From: Octopus vulgaris
Taxonomy: Eukaryota
Assembly (NCBI GenBank): GCA_951406725.2
Contig: OX597819.1
Coordinates: forward strand, 111,290,001 to 111,354,000
Direction of reading: 5' to 3'
Length of the DNA: 64,000 bases
Shown here: piece by piece, positions 25,807 to 38,776 of the stretch
Layout: each line of letters begins with the position of its first letter
Numbering within the stretch: the first letter of the stretch is position 1
Program-made: the position numbers and the translations under genes
Notes under the pieces: generated by a model
What the model was told of the DNA's origin: nothing
The model's database searches: none
Seen by the model: the letters and a program-made list of their open reading frames with translations, nothing else

Positions 25807-26467
25807 TGTCTCCTCATTCGTTTTTAGCAGTGGAACTCGAAGTAGATATGTCTATAATAATAATAATAATAATAACGTATAAACATTCAGCGAAAACCCT
25901 TCCGATATGAAACTGGAAGGCCATCTGTGGGACTCGAAAGTACATCTGTTAACGTGGCAGACATTCGAGTCCCAAGAACGGCCTTCGACTCTTTCTATCT
26001 GAAGGGCATACCGGACTCTACTTCGAGTTTCACCATTAAAAACGAATATATATATATGTATGAGTGTGTACATGTGTGTGTATGTGTTTGTATGTGTGCG
26101 TGTGTATATGTGTATGTGTTGTATGTGTGGATGTGTGCGTGTGCGTATGTATAAGTATGTATATTTGTATGTATGTATGAATGTATGTACGTACGTATGT
26201 GCATATATATGCGTGTGTGTGTGTGTGTGCGTAATTCAATTGTCACTAATTTTGCCTGAGGGTGCCGGCTAGCATCTATATTGCTAGAAATAAGAATTAA
26301 AACCCTTAGAGCCGCAAGCAAGCACATTTTCCTATACTGACAGGGGAAATAACCGGCCCACAGCGAAGCTAGATCACTAGATTAGTTTCGCTTGAAAATT
26401 ACAAGCCCATCAGTAGCGAATACTCCATCGCTTGATGGTCTGACTATATATAAGGTGAGTATATATG

Positions 26468-26795
26468 TGAAGGCGCGTGGCTTAGTGCTTAGAGCATTCC
26501 GCTCACAATTGTAAGGTTGGGAGCCCAATTCCCGGCGACGCATTGTGTCCTTGAGCAAGACACTTTATTTCACGTTGCTCCAGTTCACTCAACTGGCAAA
26601 ATTGAGTTGTACCTGTATTTCAAAAGGCCGGCTTCATCACATTCTGTGTCACGCTGAATCTTCCTGAGAACTACGTTAGGGGTACACGTGTCTGTGGATA
26701 GCTCAGTCACTTGCACGTTAATTTCACGAGCAAGCTGTTCCGTTGATCGTATCAGTTGGGACCCTCGTCGTCGTCGTAACCGACAGAGTACTCCT
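26468..26795 (+). mobile_element. SINE head D + tail T1
   Basis: Homology to head D and T1. Confidence 0.9.
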
Positions 26796-29700
26796 TTTTA
26801 TATATGACTAAATTATCCAGGTGGATACTCTGCTAGCTCCCAGGTATCTTCCGGGTTACAACTAACCGCATCAAGTAGTAATAAGCTTAATATTAGCAAT
26901 CACGCTGTAATTCTTCTGATGGGTAATACGGGGTTCGCTTCTCTGGATTATGAATATTACCATGAGTGTAGATTCCAGACAATCCTACAGAATACGAAAA
27001 TTAGTACATCATCAATTTTTTCTTTAAATTTTACTGTTGGTCATACAACACAGTTTGTTGATAAAATGACCGACACGTGTTTCTGTTGCACAGGATATGT
27101 GCAGTTGCACAAACAACTCAACATAATATGTTGTGCACCTTCATTCAAGGTCCTTTAGGTGCATTGAAGATTATGCTGGGCTGCCTGTGCAACTGTACTT
27201 ACTCTGTGCATCAGAAACACGTGCCAGTCATGTTAATCAATTAATTATGCTGTTTGAATAACTGTAAAATTATAAGAAAAAAACTGATGAAGTATCAGAA
27301 TCCGTGTTCTTTATAACTGTTTGAAATATGTGTGTGTGCGTGTGTACGTGTGTGTATGTGCACATGTGCAGAAGTATGCGCGTATGTGCCCGAGTGTAGC
27401 GTGGTAAGTCATACTGTCCCTTGTCGACCGGGGACTAAAAACATATTTAGGAACTTAGTTATCCGAAGCAAAGTCTTCCTAAGAAGGAGAGTCAGCCCCT
27501 GCCGAACCGCTACAGAGATATAAAAAGAGTGAAACAGAATGATATAATGAATACCGTGGTCAACTCTCGTACAATATGTACGTAAATCTCATATTAATTG
27601 TGATTGGTATTGTTTTTGTTTAAGCCTGAGTCAACTATAGTGGGCAGATCTTCGATAAAAATCATTGCATCCTTGACTGCTCTCTCTTTTTATTTGTTAA
27701 GAATTTTTATTTCAAATTCAAATTTCTAATCCCACCAAATATTATATTATACAGAAAAGAAGTTATTATCTCCCTTGTAATAACTGTTCCTAAGTCGTCA
27801 TTATTTTGTATGTCAAGGCGGCGATTAAATATGCACCAGTTGGACTTGATTGTTGGGATTGATGTTATCGCCTAGCCTTCTTGTCCAATACCTCAGGCAT
27901 TGGGCCTAAATTAGAAAGGGTTAACATCATTTTAAGGTGTGAGCTAACAGAATCGTAAGCACGCCGGACAAATGCTTAGCGATATTTTCGTCCATCTTTA
28001 AGTTTTGACTTCATACTCAACTGAGGGCCACTTTGCTTTTCATCTAATCGGGGCCGATGAAATAAGTACCAGTCAAATATTGGAGTTAACTACATCAACC
28101 TAAAAAAGAAGGGGAAAAAAAAAACTCCTGGTCCTGTGGACAAAATTTTTAGCCACTATCGTGTATGTCTTTCGTTCACCCGTTTTTATATAATACATCC
28201 GTGGCCATTTCATAGGAGTAGCTGTGTGGTAAGTAGCTTGCTTCCAACCACATGGTTCCGGGTTCAGTCCCACTGCGTGGCACCTCGGACAAGTGTCTTC
28301 TTCTATAGCCTCTGGCCGATTAAAGCCTTGTAAGTGGATTTGGTAGACGGAAACTGAAATAGCCCGTCGTAAATATGTTGATCTGGTTATTCTTTAACTC
28401 CAGGTTAACACTGATTGAGTCGATATGTGATGATGACAGTCGTTCCAGCCATGACCATCTCGTTTTTTTTAAAATTTGTTTTCCTATGTGGAAGTGAAAC
28501 TCGGCCCACGTGTCTTGTTTTAAGACAATAGAATGAGTGTGGGTTAGATTTGTATATCTCTATGTATATGTAGACATAGAACTCTCGATATGTATGTGAG
28601 TAGGTGTGAAAAAATAAGAGAGTTATGTATGTATTTGTACGTGTGTGTGATTGCATATGTGTATGCATGTATGTATATATGTATGTATGTATGTATATAT
28701 ACACACTGACACTCATATACATACATATACATATATGTGTGTATATACACAGATGCACAGAAGCATATATATATATCCATGCATATACATATATATACAT
28801 TTATATATGTGTATATGTATATAGGTATGTATTATATATTCCTCTGTTATATGTATATATATATGTATCTGTGTGTATGTATATATATATATATATTATG
28901 TATATATATATATGTATATATATATGTATATGTATGTACGTTTGTGTGAGAGTGCGTGTGTACATGTGCCTGTGTGTGTGTGCGTGTGTGTGTATGTGTA
29001 TTGTGTTTGTGTTTAACAGAAAATACCAAAGTTGGTATTTTGTGTGTTTATCGAAAATAGTTCGTTAATGAATCAACAGAGACACAGCACTAATCAAAGT
29101 CAGAGAAAGAGAGGGAGAAAGAAAGAGAGAGGAAGAGGGAGAGGGAGAGGGAGAGAGAGAGAGAAAAGAAAAAGAAAGAAAAGAAAGAAGGAAAGAAAGA
29201 AGGAAAAGAAAAGAAAAAGACAGAGGGTGAGATAGAGCGATAACTAGAGAGAGAGAGAGTGAGATTGAGATAGGGTGATGGTGACGAGGGGGAAAGTAGG
29301 ATAGTTAACAGTGTGATGTATGTGGTCAGTGTGTGGTAGTGGTTGTGTTTAGTGACCTTGTTAAGGTCAGGTCGTGGAACCGATGAATCTAGTGCGGCCG
29401 TCTTCTAACTCTGCCATCAATCCTTATACTCCCACCTTCCCCTCCCACCCTCTAAAAAAGCAAATAAAAAAATACGTATAATGAATAAATTAATTAAAAA
29501 ATAAAGTTAAAGCAAGATATTTTTGGTCTGTACTGTACTGTATTCTGCTCGATGTGTGTGTCACTAATTTTGTCACCTTATTGTCTGTGTAGCTATTGTT
29601 ATTGATTAGCACATCTAGCTGAGTAGATCTGCAAGTAAAAGCGTTCCAGTCGTGGCTACCATGACATTTTGTTCCGGGCAGTATATGAGAGTGAAATAAT

Positions 29701-30268
29701 GAAATCTCAAGAAATCGCTGTGGGTCAGTTGCTGACAAATTCTAACGGAGTATAAAATGGCCACGGTCGTGAGGGAGAAGAAGAATGTTAAGGTTTCGGG
29801 GATGGACTCTTCATAAGAGAGAGAGAGAGAGAAAGAAGGAGAGAGAGAGAGAGAGAGAGGGGGGAGATAGTGAGCTAGAGAGACAGACAGACAGAGAATG
29901 TGGTAGCTATGACTACATTATTCCAATGCAGTCATCCATTTTAAAACCAGTAGGGCTTGCTTTATAAGAGATATTGTTGCTATTTCATGTAGGCTTAGGG
30001 AACAGGTAGAGAGTTCTTTAACGTAATGCTTATCATTTTTGTTGCTGCTTATCTCAATGTTGTTTTATTTATTATTTTTATAGGAGGCGATTTATTTTTA
30101 CCCTTGTTTTGGTAGATTCATAAGCAGGTATGAATTTATTTCAATATGCATATAAGAGGATTAACTCAATCGCAAAAAATTATGGAGAGAACAAATCTCC
30201 ATGAAATATCCCTCTGCGAATTTTCACATTTCTCAATGAATCATTTCTACATTTTGGTCCATATACTA

Positions 30269-30590
30269 CATAGGCTCCCAAAGTGGGTGCTACCGCTCCC
30301 CGCCCCCACTGGGCGTTGAGACGGTCCAGATGGGCGCTGGTGTCTAAGGTGTGGGGCGATAGAGAAAAAATGAGGCGTTGGGAGGAAGGCAGTGAATTGG
30401 GGGACGCTATGAATTTATTATAATATTATTATAGTACTGTATGCAAATTATATAATATTATACTAAATATCAAATGATTCATAGTGTATATAAATTAATA
30501 AAATATAAAATATTTATTTAAACATAAAATTAGGGGTGGTGGCGCTGGAGGTATTATTTGGCCATGACCCAAAAAGTTTGAGAACCTCTG
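30269..30590. mobile_element. hAT (Charlie-like) MITE
   Basis: cataggctcccaaagtggg ... aaaaagtttgagaacctctg termini resemble CAGnGGTTCnCAAA hAT ends; no clean 8-bp TSD. Confidence 0.6.
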
Positions 30591-30944
30591 CTATAGTTTC
30601 ATAGCTTTTCTATGAAAACTGTTAGTTTTTCTCACTGAACCCGAGCGTCTTCAGCCAATCCAAGTGTCCATACTGTGGTACCTTACATTTGACTTTCTTA
30701 TAGCTTGTCCAATCAACAGCTAAGTGCTTTTTTCTTAATCGTACCTCACTTAATAACGGTCGATTGATATGCAACAAATTAGCTAATACAGTCCTATGTT
30801 TAAGAAGTAGCACAATTACTAGGACACAACAACCTCCTAAGCAGACCGAGTGCAGACATGAATAGCATATGGGTACCGGTATTAAGGAAGGATAGGAAAA
30901 TATTAGATTTATAAGCCCAAATATTCACTCCATAATTGCTCACG

Positions 30945-31185
30945 TTCATATGGAGAAGTGCTTAAGAGCGCGGGCCACTAACCCCAAGATCCCGAGTTCG
31001 ATTCCAGGTAGTGACCTGAATAATAATAATAATAATAATAATAGTATCGAAAAATACCTTAGGAATGAGAACCCAGGTTAGAAATGTCCCCAAAACACCT
31101 GATGAAGGCTAGAGTGTATATCAGCCGGAACGTTGTGCTAGCAACAAACAAGATAAGGGCAAATATCCGTCAAATGTAAATAATG
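30945..31185 (+). mobile_element. tRNA-headed SINE (family E) with (TAA)n spacer and hammerhead motif in its 3' part
   Basis: A-box-like tggagaagtgc (30951), B box gttcgattcc (30996-31005), (taa)n, then cac-CTGATGA-a-ggct...agcc-GGAA-cgtt-gtg (31096-31137). Confidence 0.7.
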
Positions 31186-31364
31186 AACAAATTAGCTGTT
31201 TTCATGATTTCGCTTTGCATCTTTTGTTCCTCTGCTTACAGAGTTTCCCTTCTCCAGAAATCTATACATCTGCTGTGAGGCCAGTTAATAATTTCCAAAG
31301 TAATGGCAAGCATGAATTAGGCCAATAATTATTAAGTTCCTTTGTCTTTTCGTTGTCATTCTGT

Positions 31365-31770
31365 ATTGGTTTCCAATTTTGGCGCAAAGCCAGCAATACA
31401 GGGGTGGAGTTAAGTGGATTACATCAACTCCAGGGTTCAGTTGTTACTTATTTTATCGACCTTGAAAAGACGAAAGACAAAGTCGATCCCGGTGGAATTT
31501 GAACTCAGAAGGTAAAGACAGACGAAATACCTATTTCTATTTCTTTACTACCCACAAGGGGCAAAACACAGAGGGGACAAACAAGGAGAGACAAACGCAT
31601 TAAGTCGATTATGTCGACTCCAGTGCGTAACTGTTACTTATTTAATCCACCTCGAAAGGATGAAAGGCGAAGTCGACCTCGGCGTAATTTGAACTCAGAA
31701 CGTAACGGCAGACGAAATACCGCCAAGCATTTCACCCGACATGCTAAAGATTCTGCCAACTAGTTGCCTT
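31365..31770 (-). mobile_element. SINE family B (two units)
   Basis: Homology; an older copy follows at ~31795-31965. Confidence 0.85.
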
Positions 31771-32489
31771 AACAACAACAATAATAATAACATTGCTTTA
31801 AAATCTTTAGTACAAAACCCACAATTTCGGAGGTGGTGGCAAGTCGATTACATCGACCCCAGTACTCTGCTGGCATTTATTTTATTGACTCCGAAAGGAA
31901 TAAAGGCCAAGTTGGACCCGGCGGTATTTTCAACTCAGAACATAAACAACGGACAAAATGCTGCTTTTTCTCATTCTATATAAGCATTGTCTATCATTGC
32001 ATACAGCACAACACTCCTCTGGCGTTCATTCTTATTACTCTGCTCATTGCTGATAAAATTTCTTTCCATCGCATGAACTAAAAGTCGGAGGGGGGACGGA
32101 ATAAACTGTCTACATCAACTTGCTATAAAAGTAGGTGGTAATTTTACCTTGTACTTATTCTTAGTGCAAGTTTGAAGTGCGCAGTTTGATTTTAACAGTT
32201 ACTTTTTCAAAGCTATAATGGAAGTGTGCTTATGTGTGTACGTGCACAGACTTGTGGAGATCTGAACACTTATATGGTACACTCCAGTCCCTCCTTGAAA
32301 TTCCTCCCCGGAAATTGGCCAGTAGAGTTCAAATTCCGCCGAAGTCGACTTTGCCTTTCATCCGTCGGGGTAGATTAAATAAGTACCAGTTACGCACTGG
32401 GGTCGATGTAATCGACTTAATCCGTTGTCTGTCCTTGTTTGTACGCGGTGGGCACCATGACAAACTGACATATCTACAATATGAACACG

Positions 32490-32900
32490 TAATCGAGAGC
32501 CTAAGCTATTCATCAGTTGATCTGTGGTAAATAGGATGGTTTCTGTATCGGAAATACCAGCAGAAAGCTATGTATCTGGACCAAGGAAAACATGCAAACA
32601 AGCACACCATTCAAAAGTCATTTGAAGATTTACGAACATGCAGGACTTTACTGCTTTCCAACAATGCACAGTCATGTAACAGCTTCGATTTGAGGACCAA
32701 AGAAACCATTCTCATTCGTAAACTGATGCTATCTGTCAAAAACATATGAGATTTGTTCGAGGTCCAATGAATATTGTCACAATACTATTCTGTTATATAT
32801 GAACAATGATAAGAGCTTGGCACTCTCCTCCGTTTTAACACGACGAAGTGCTACTACTAATCCGAATGGTAGAAATATGATTTAAGGTGCAAAAAGTTAA
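32490..32900 (+). mobile_element. Penelope-like element relic (GIY-YIG endonuclease)
   Basis: AIHQLICGK*DGFCIGNTSRKLCIWTKEN...FKSHLKI...FDLRTKETILIRKL matches the PLE pattern IY..C..C..YIG.T.R.L..R.KEH...HL...E..LI. Confidence 0.7.
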
Positions 32901-32969
32901 TTTGTCTTCGTTACATTTGTCTTCATTCCTATATTTCAATTTTCATTTTCATTATAAAGGCTTTTGAAA

Positions 32970-33716
32970 AGCGGTGAGCTGGTAGAATCGTTAGCACGCC
33001 GGGTGAAATGCCTAGCGGTATTTCGTCTGTCTTTACGTTCTGAGTTCAAATTCCGCCGAGGTCGACTTTGCCTTTCATCCTTCCGGGGTCGATAAATTAA
33101 GTACCAGTTACGCACTGGAGTCGATATAATCGACTTAATCCGTTTGTCCCCCCTGTGTTTAGCCCCTTGTGGGTAGTAAAGAAATAGGTATTTCGTCTGC
33201 CTTTACGTTCTGAGTTCAAATTCCGCCGAGGTCAACTTTGCCATTCCTCCTTTCAGGGTCGATTAAAATAAGTACCAATTACGCACTGGGGTCGATGTAA
33301 TCGACTTAATCCGTTTGTCTGTCCTTGTTTGTCCTCTCTGTGTTTAGTGGGTAGTAAAGAAATAGGCATTTCCTCTGCCGCTACGTTCTGAGTTCAAATT
33401 CCGCCGAGGTCAACTTTGCCTTTCCTCCTGTTAGGGTCGATTAAATAAGTACCAATTACGCACTGGGGTCGATATAATCGACTTAATCCGTCTGTCTGTC
33501 CTTGTTTGTCCTCTCTGTGTTTAGCCCCTTGTGGGTAGTAAAGAAATAGGTATCTCGTCTGTCTTTACCTTCTGAGTTCAAATTCCGCTGAGGTTGTCTT
33601 TACCTTTCATCCTTTAGGGGTCGATAAATTAAGTACCAGTTGCGTACTGGACTCGATCTAATCGACAGACCCCCTCCCCCCAAAATTTCGGGCCTTGTGC
33701 CTAGAGTAGAAAAGAT
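32970..33716 (+). mobile_element. SINE family B with four tandem internal units
   Basis: One head; units start ~33018, 33188, 33366 and 33550; one tail ending gggccttgtgcctagagtagaaaagattat. Confidence 0.92.
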
Positions 33717-33891
33717 TATAATGGCTTCTGAAGAATAGATATAATATTAATAATAACAAAATTCAAGATTATAAGATGGTAAAAAAGAGAGAGAAACAAG
33801 AAAGAAAAGAAGGAAGAAAAAGAAAGAGATAGGGAAGGAAAGAAAGAAGAAAAAAGAAAGAAAGAAAGAGAGAGAAAGAAAGAAAGAATGA

Positions 33892-33959
<68 letters not shown>

Positions 33960-34659
33960 AAGAAAGGAGGAAGGAAACAGAGATATTGATAAATAAACAA
34001 ATAAACTGAAGAGAGAAGAAAATTAAGAAAAGAAAGAAAAAAGAATAGAAAGGAAGATCGAAAAAACAAAAGAGGAGAAAGGAAAAATGGAGGAGAAGAA
34101 AAGTTATGGGGAATTAAGAAAAAGAGAAGGAACAAAATGAAGAAAAAGAAAGAAAAGTAGAAAAGCAATATAAAAGAATATAAAAGAAAAATTAGATAAA
34201 ACGAGTAAAAGATATAAAGAGAGAAAAAGAACGCAATGTGAAGAGAGAGAGAGAGAGAATATTCGAGAGAAAGAGAAATAGAGACGGAGTGAAGGAGGGA
34301 GAAAGAAAGTGAGAGAGAAAGAGGGAAGAGCGAGGGAGAGGTAGAGAGAGAGAGAGAGGTGTGAGAGTGTATCGGTGTGTAATGTGTGTGAAAAGCAGTG
34401 AAGGTGAATAGGGCAAGTTAGTATATATAGAGGTAGAGCTAGAAAGGTACAATTAACTAACGGTAAATTGTAAGGTAGAGGTTAAAAGGAAAGTCTAGCA
34501 GAAATAGCAGAAACAAACATGTTAACCACACTGTTATTTTGACAGCACTTGGTCCCTCGCGCTGTTTCGTTACAGACTCGCATACATTCATAGAAGCACT
34601 TATGTACTTAGATATACAGATGCATACACACATACATACATATATACCTTTATACAACT

Positions 34660-34698
<39 letters not shown>

Positions 34699-34762
34699 TA
34701 CATACGTACATATATATATACATATATACATATATAATACATATATATATATATATACATAT

Positions 34763-34809
<47 letters not shown>

Positions 34810-34942
34810 AACACGCAAGCACACACAGAAACAAACATGTACTCACACATATGTGTAGGTAAACACACACACATACACACATACGGACTTACACGCACAT
34901 ACACACACGTATATAGGACAGCCTTAGATACATATTTACAAA

Positions 34943-35280
<338 letters not shown>

Positions 35281-35281
35281 A

Positions 35282-36050
35282 CAGGATGCTACCGGTAAAT
35301 TGTCACCATTTTACATTTTAATTTTGTGCATGCACATTGATTGTTTTTGATTTTATCAACTACACAGCATAGAAGGGTCAGTTGGGCACTGACCCTACTA
35401 TTCTGTGAGAAAAACAACAACATAATGCAATTTACTCTGCCAAAAATTTGGAAGTGACATGCTGTAACTGTTTGGCATTCGCGCCGGAATCTCCAATACG
35501 AACATTTCAGAGTATTTAGGTGTCAATCTGAGGACATGTACCGAGTGTGATCAAAATCAAACATCCAGTCAACATCATGGTGTTTGGAGTGACCACTAGT
35601 GATGGCGATGTTATGCCTCAGTTCATCTTCCCACACGGTCTCACACTAAACATGGAGGCCTACATCAAGTGCCTGGAGGAGATAGTGCTGCCCTGGGTCA
35701 AGAGGGTGACTGCTGGAAGAGCCTATGTCTGGCAATAGGACTCTGCACCATGCCACACAAACAAGAGAACTCAGTGATCGCTATCACACAATTTCTGCGA
35801 CCACATCACCCCTAATATCCGGCCACCTAACTCCTCAGGCTGCAAACCCCTTGATTATTGTGTGTAGGGTTCAGTAGAGTGAGAGACCAACAAAACTCCT
35901 TGTAACACCAAAGATGAACTGAAGGCAAGCATTATAGAAACATTCACCAACTTAAACGACCGTCCAGAAGAGTTGCAGAAGACTCCGAAATTATCTGGAG
36001 GCCGTGGTTGAAGCCAATCGCGGTTTTATTGAATAAATTTAATCTTTAGT
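35282..36050 (+). mobile_element. Internally deleted DD37D (maT-type) Tc1/mariner relic
   Basis: TA-cagg start next to a (TA)n tract; HTH-like GIRAGISNTNISEYLGVNLRT joined to KHPVNIMVFG...WQ*DSAPCHT...PPNSSGCKPLDY with 37 residues between the two Ds; ends LEAVVEANRGFIE; many stops; right TIR not seen. Confidence 0.85.
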
Positions 36051-37149
36051 ATTTCAGACTCATAACTTATCCTCCTATATGTTTTACTTTAGCCAAGCCA
36101 GGAACTTTTCAGCACTCTCTTGTACATTAATGAATAGAATTCTACATGCGTAATATGATGAATTAACAAACAGCGTTGAACTGAGTAAACAGGAATTTCC
36201 TAAATGGGTGTTTTCGTTTTAATCTACACGTGGGAGTCTTTATATTTACTAAATGCTTAGATAATATTAATTAACTGAAGCATTTCAACTTCTTTTATTA
36301 CGTATGTAAGATCCTTACTGTATTATTTTACTAATGACCCACTATCTATCATGTAAATAATTTCGAACTGTGAAGGCGGCGAGCCAGCTGATTCGTTGTT
36401 AGCACGCCGGACAGAATGCTAAACACCTTTACGTTCTGAGTTCAAATTCCGCTGAGTTCGACTTCGCCTTTTATCTTTTCGTGGTCGATAAAATAATTAT
36501 TAATTGAGCAGTGGGATTGGTGTAACTGCCTAGCCCTTTCCTTCGAAATTGCTGGCCTTGTGCCAAAGTTTAGCCCAGGACCGCAAATTGGTTATGGTAA
36601 TAGATGCGTATTCTATAATTACCAGAGAACTGCTGGTACTTTATTTTTTCGGATTTCGAAATTGAAAAATAAAATTTATCTCTGCGGAATTTGAACTCGA
36701 AACTTGTATAATTAGTGCGAGAATATCAGAAAATGATGTTGTCTGATGCTCTAATTACTTTACCAATCCACAGTCTTATATCAAAACCGACTAATTTTGT
36801 TCAAGTATGAAGCTGGCTGCGAGTATGTGCCGTAGTTTGAAAGGTCGCAAAAGGTGGAAATGCATACGGCGCTCTCATTGGTTGCTGCTGGGATGTAATT
36901 TCATCTCTTTCTGAAACTTATGCTTGTAACACTGCAAGCCCATAACAGATGCTATCTTAGGAAAAAATCTTATGTACGGCTCAATGGATGAAACCAAGAA
37001 TTTTGAACAGAAACAGAATGCGAACTGTCTACGGTTGCGCCTCATATGCGAGTTGATATGTTATATAAGATATTGTATACTCTCCAATATAGGCAGCGGT
37101 ATCAGGTATGGTGGAATCCCTTGCACCTGGAATGGCATAAAAGTCTATC

Positions 37150-37640
37150 CTGTTGTGAGGTTCCAGCTCAGAGATTCCTGAGTTTTAGAGAGTACAGAGT
37201 TATCTTCGTTCACTAGAAGCTCGGGTTTTCTCTGGCATTAAGGACCTCGTTACGGGTTAAACTTTGGCACAAGGCCAGCAATTAACAGATGATGGCTCTG
37301 TGGGTAAAGAATCTAAGTCTTGGAAGCCAGCTGGCTCCTAGATGTGTGTCACGCAACGTGTGGACATGCTTTGATATCACGTGAAGCAGCTCTCTAGTGA
37401 GTCTCCAGCTCGGGAGTTCAGGTTTTGTGGAGTACAGAGTTACTCCTTAGTTATCACAATGTCCTGGTTCTCTCTGATCCGCGGTTACAGTAACCGTCAA
37501 GGTCCCAATTATGGGTATAATAGCAGGCGACGCTTACGTGGCTAAGGAATACAGGACTCAGAAGAGGGGTGGTCCTTAGATATGGATTACATAAACCTAA
37601 AAATGTAGAAACACGTCCTGATGTCATATGATCTTGTCCC
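37150..37640 (+). repeat. Diverged ~240-bp tandem duplication
   Basis: tccagctc...gagtacagagtta at 37162 and 37404; gtgg.taa.gaat...tagat.tg at 37300 and 37538. Confidence 0.7.
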
Positions 37641-37965
37641 CTCTACTGCCTGAGGGTTAAAAAGGCATGGCACTTTAAAGATAAGCTGAGGAGAGCTGGA
37701 TACTTATAGAGTAAAGTAAATAAACCGGAAGAAGACAATGGGAAATCGCTGATACATATTCAGCCCTTGGCATTGACGTCTTCGCTCATCGACCACTGTA
37801 AGCATGTCACAAGAAGAGAAGAGATGAGGGAGGGTGAGAGAGAAAGGGAGAGAGAAAGAGAGAGGGGGGAGAAGAAAACGAATGATCAAATACTTGCTCG
37901 TCCACCGAGTTGGTGATTACAGAAAGAAACCATTTAATACATGTTTACTACATGTGAGTTCAAAG

Positions 37966-38161
37966 GCTTAGACATGTCTGTATGGTTAAGAAGCTCGTGG
38001 TCTAGGGTTCAGTTCCTTTACGCGGAATTTTTGGCAAGTGTCTTATTCTATGGCCCCAGGCGGACTATTGATTTGAGTGAATTTGGTAGCTGGAAACGAT
38101 GTAGAATCCCGCCGTATATAAACATATATATGTGTGCGCGTGTATTTGTGTGTGTGTGTCT

Positions 38162-38196
<35 letters not shown>

Positions 38197-38286
38197 TGAG
38201 ATTATGTCTGTGTTTGTGTTTGTGTGTGTGTGTTTGTGCTTGTCCCCTCACTGGCTTGACAATCAGTATTGGTTTGTTGGTCTGTT
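37966..38286 (+). mobile_element. SINE family A, old copy
   Basis: Diverged homology. Confidence 0.75.
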
Positions 38287-38481
38287 AAGATCCAATGATC
38301 CACATATAGAAAGTTAATCTTCGTGCAGCCCGTAGAAGATTTTAAAAAAACAGCTTTCAGGAAGAATAGTAGTTTATTCTTTGTATCGTCTATCTGGATG
38401 TTTTGTTGCCACTTTTTGTATCACCTAACTGTCTGGATGTTTTGCGTTCTTGTCCCATTTTGTATTATATATATATACATG

Positions 38482-38776
38482 TGGAGGCGCAATGGCCTAG
38501 TGGTTAGGGCAGCGGACTCGCGGTTTCGATTCCCAGACCGGGCGTTGTGAGTCTTTATTGAGCGAAAACACCTAAAAGCTCCACGAAGCTCCGGCAGGGG
38601 GTGGTGATCCCTGCTGTACTCTTTCACCACTCTTTCTCCCACTCTTTCTTCTGTTGGCCTGCTCGCTTAGCCAGCGGGGTGGCGTCATTCGAAGGCTAAA
38701 AAACAATGCGAACGCATTGTAACCAGCGATGTGTAACAACATCTCATGGTCTGGTCGGTCACGTGATAGACGTGAT
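38482..38776 (+). mobile_element. SINE head C + tail T2
   Basis: Head C, then ttggcctgctcgcttagccagc...aaaacaatgcgaacgcattgt..ccagcgatgtgtaacaac. Confidence 0.9.

Noticed and set aside
32970-33716. CRISPR-like periodicity
   Set aside because: Whole ~175-bp units repeat with no unique spacers; eukaryotic SINE tandem; no cas genes.
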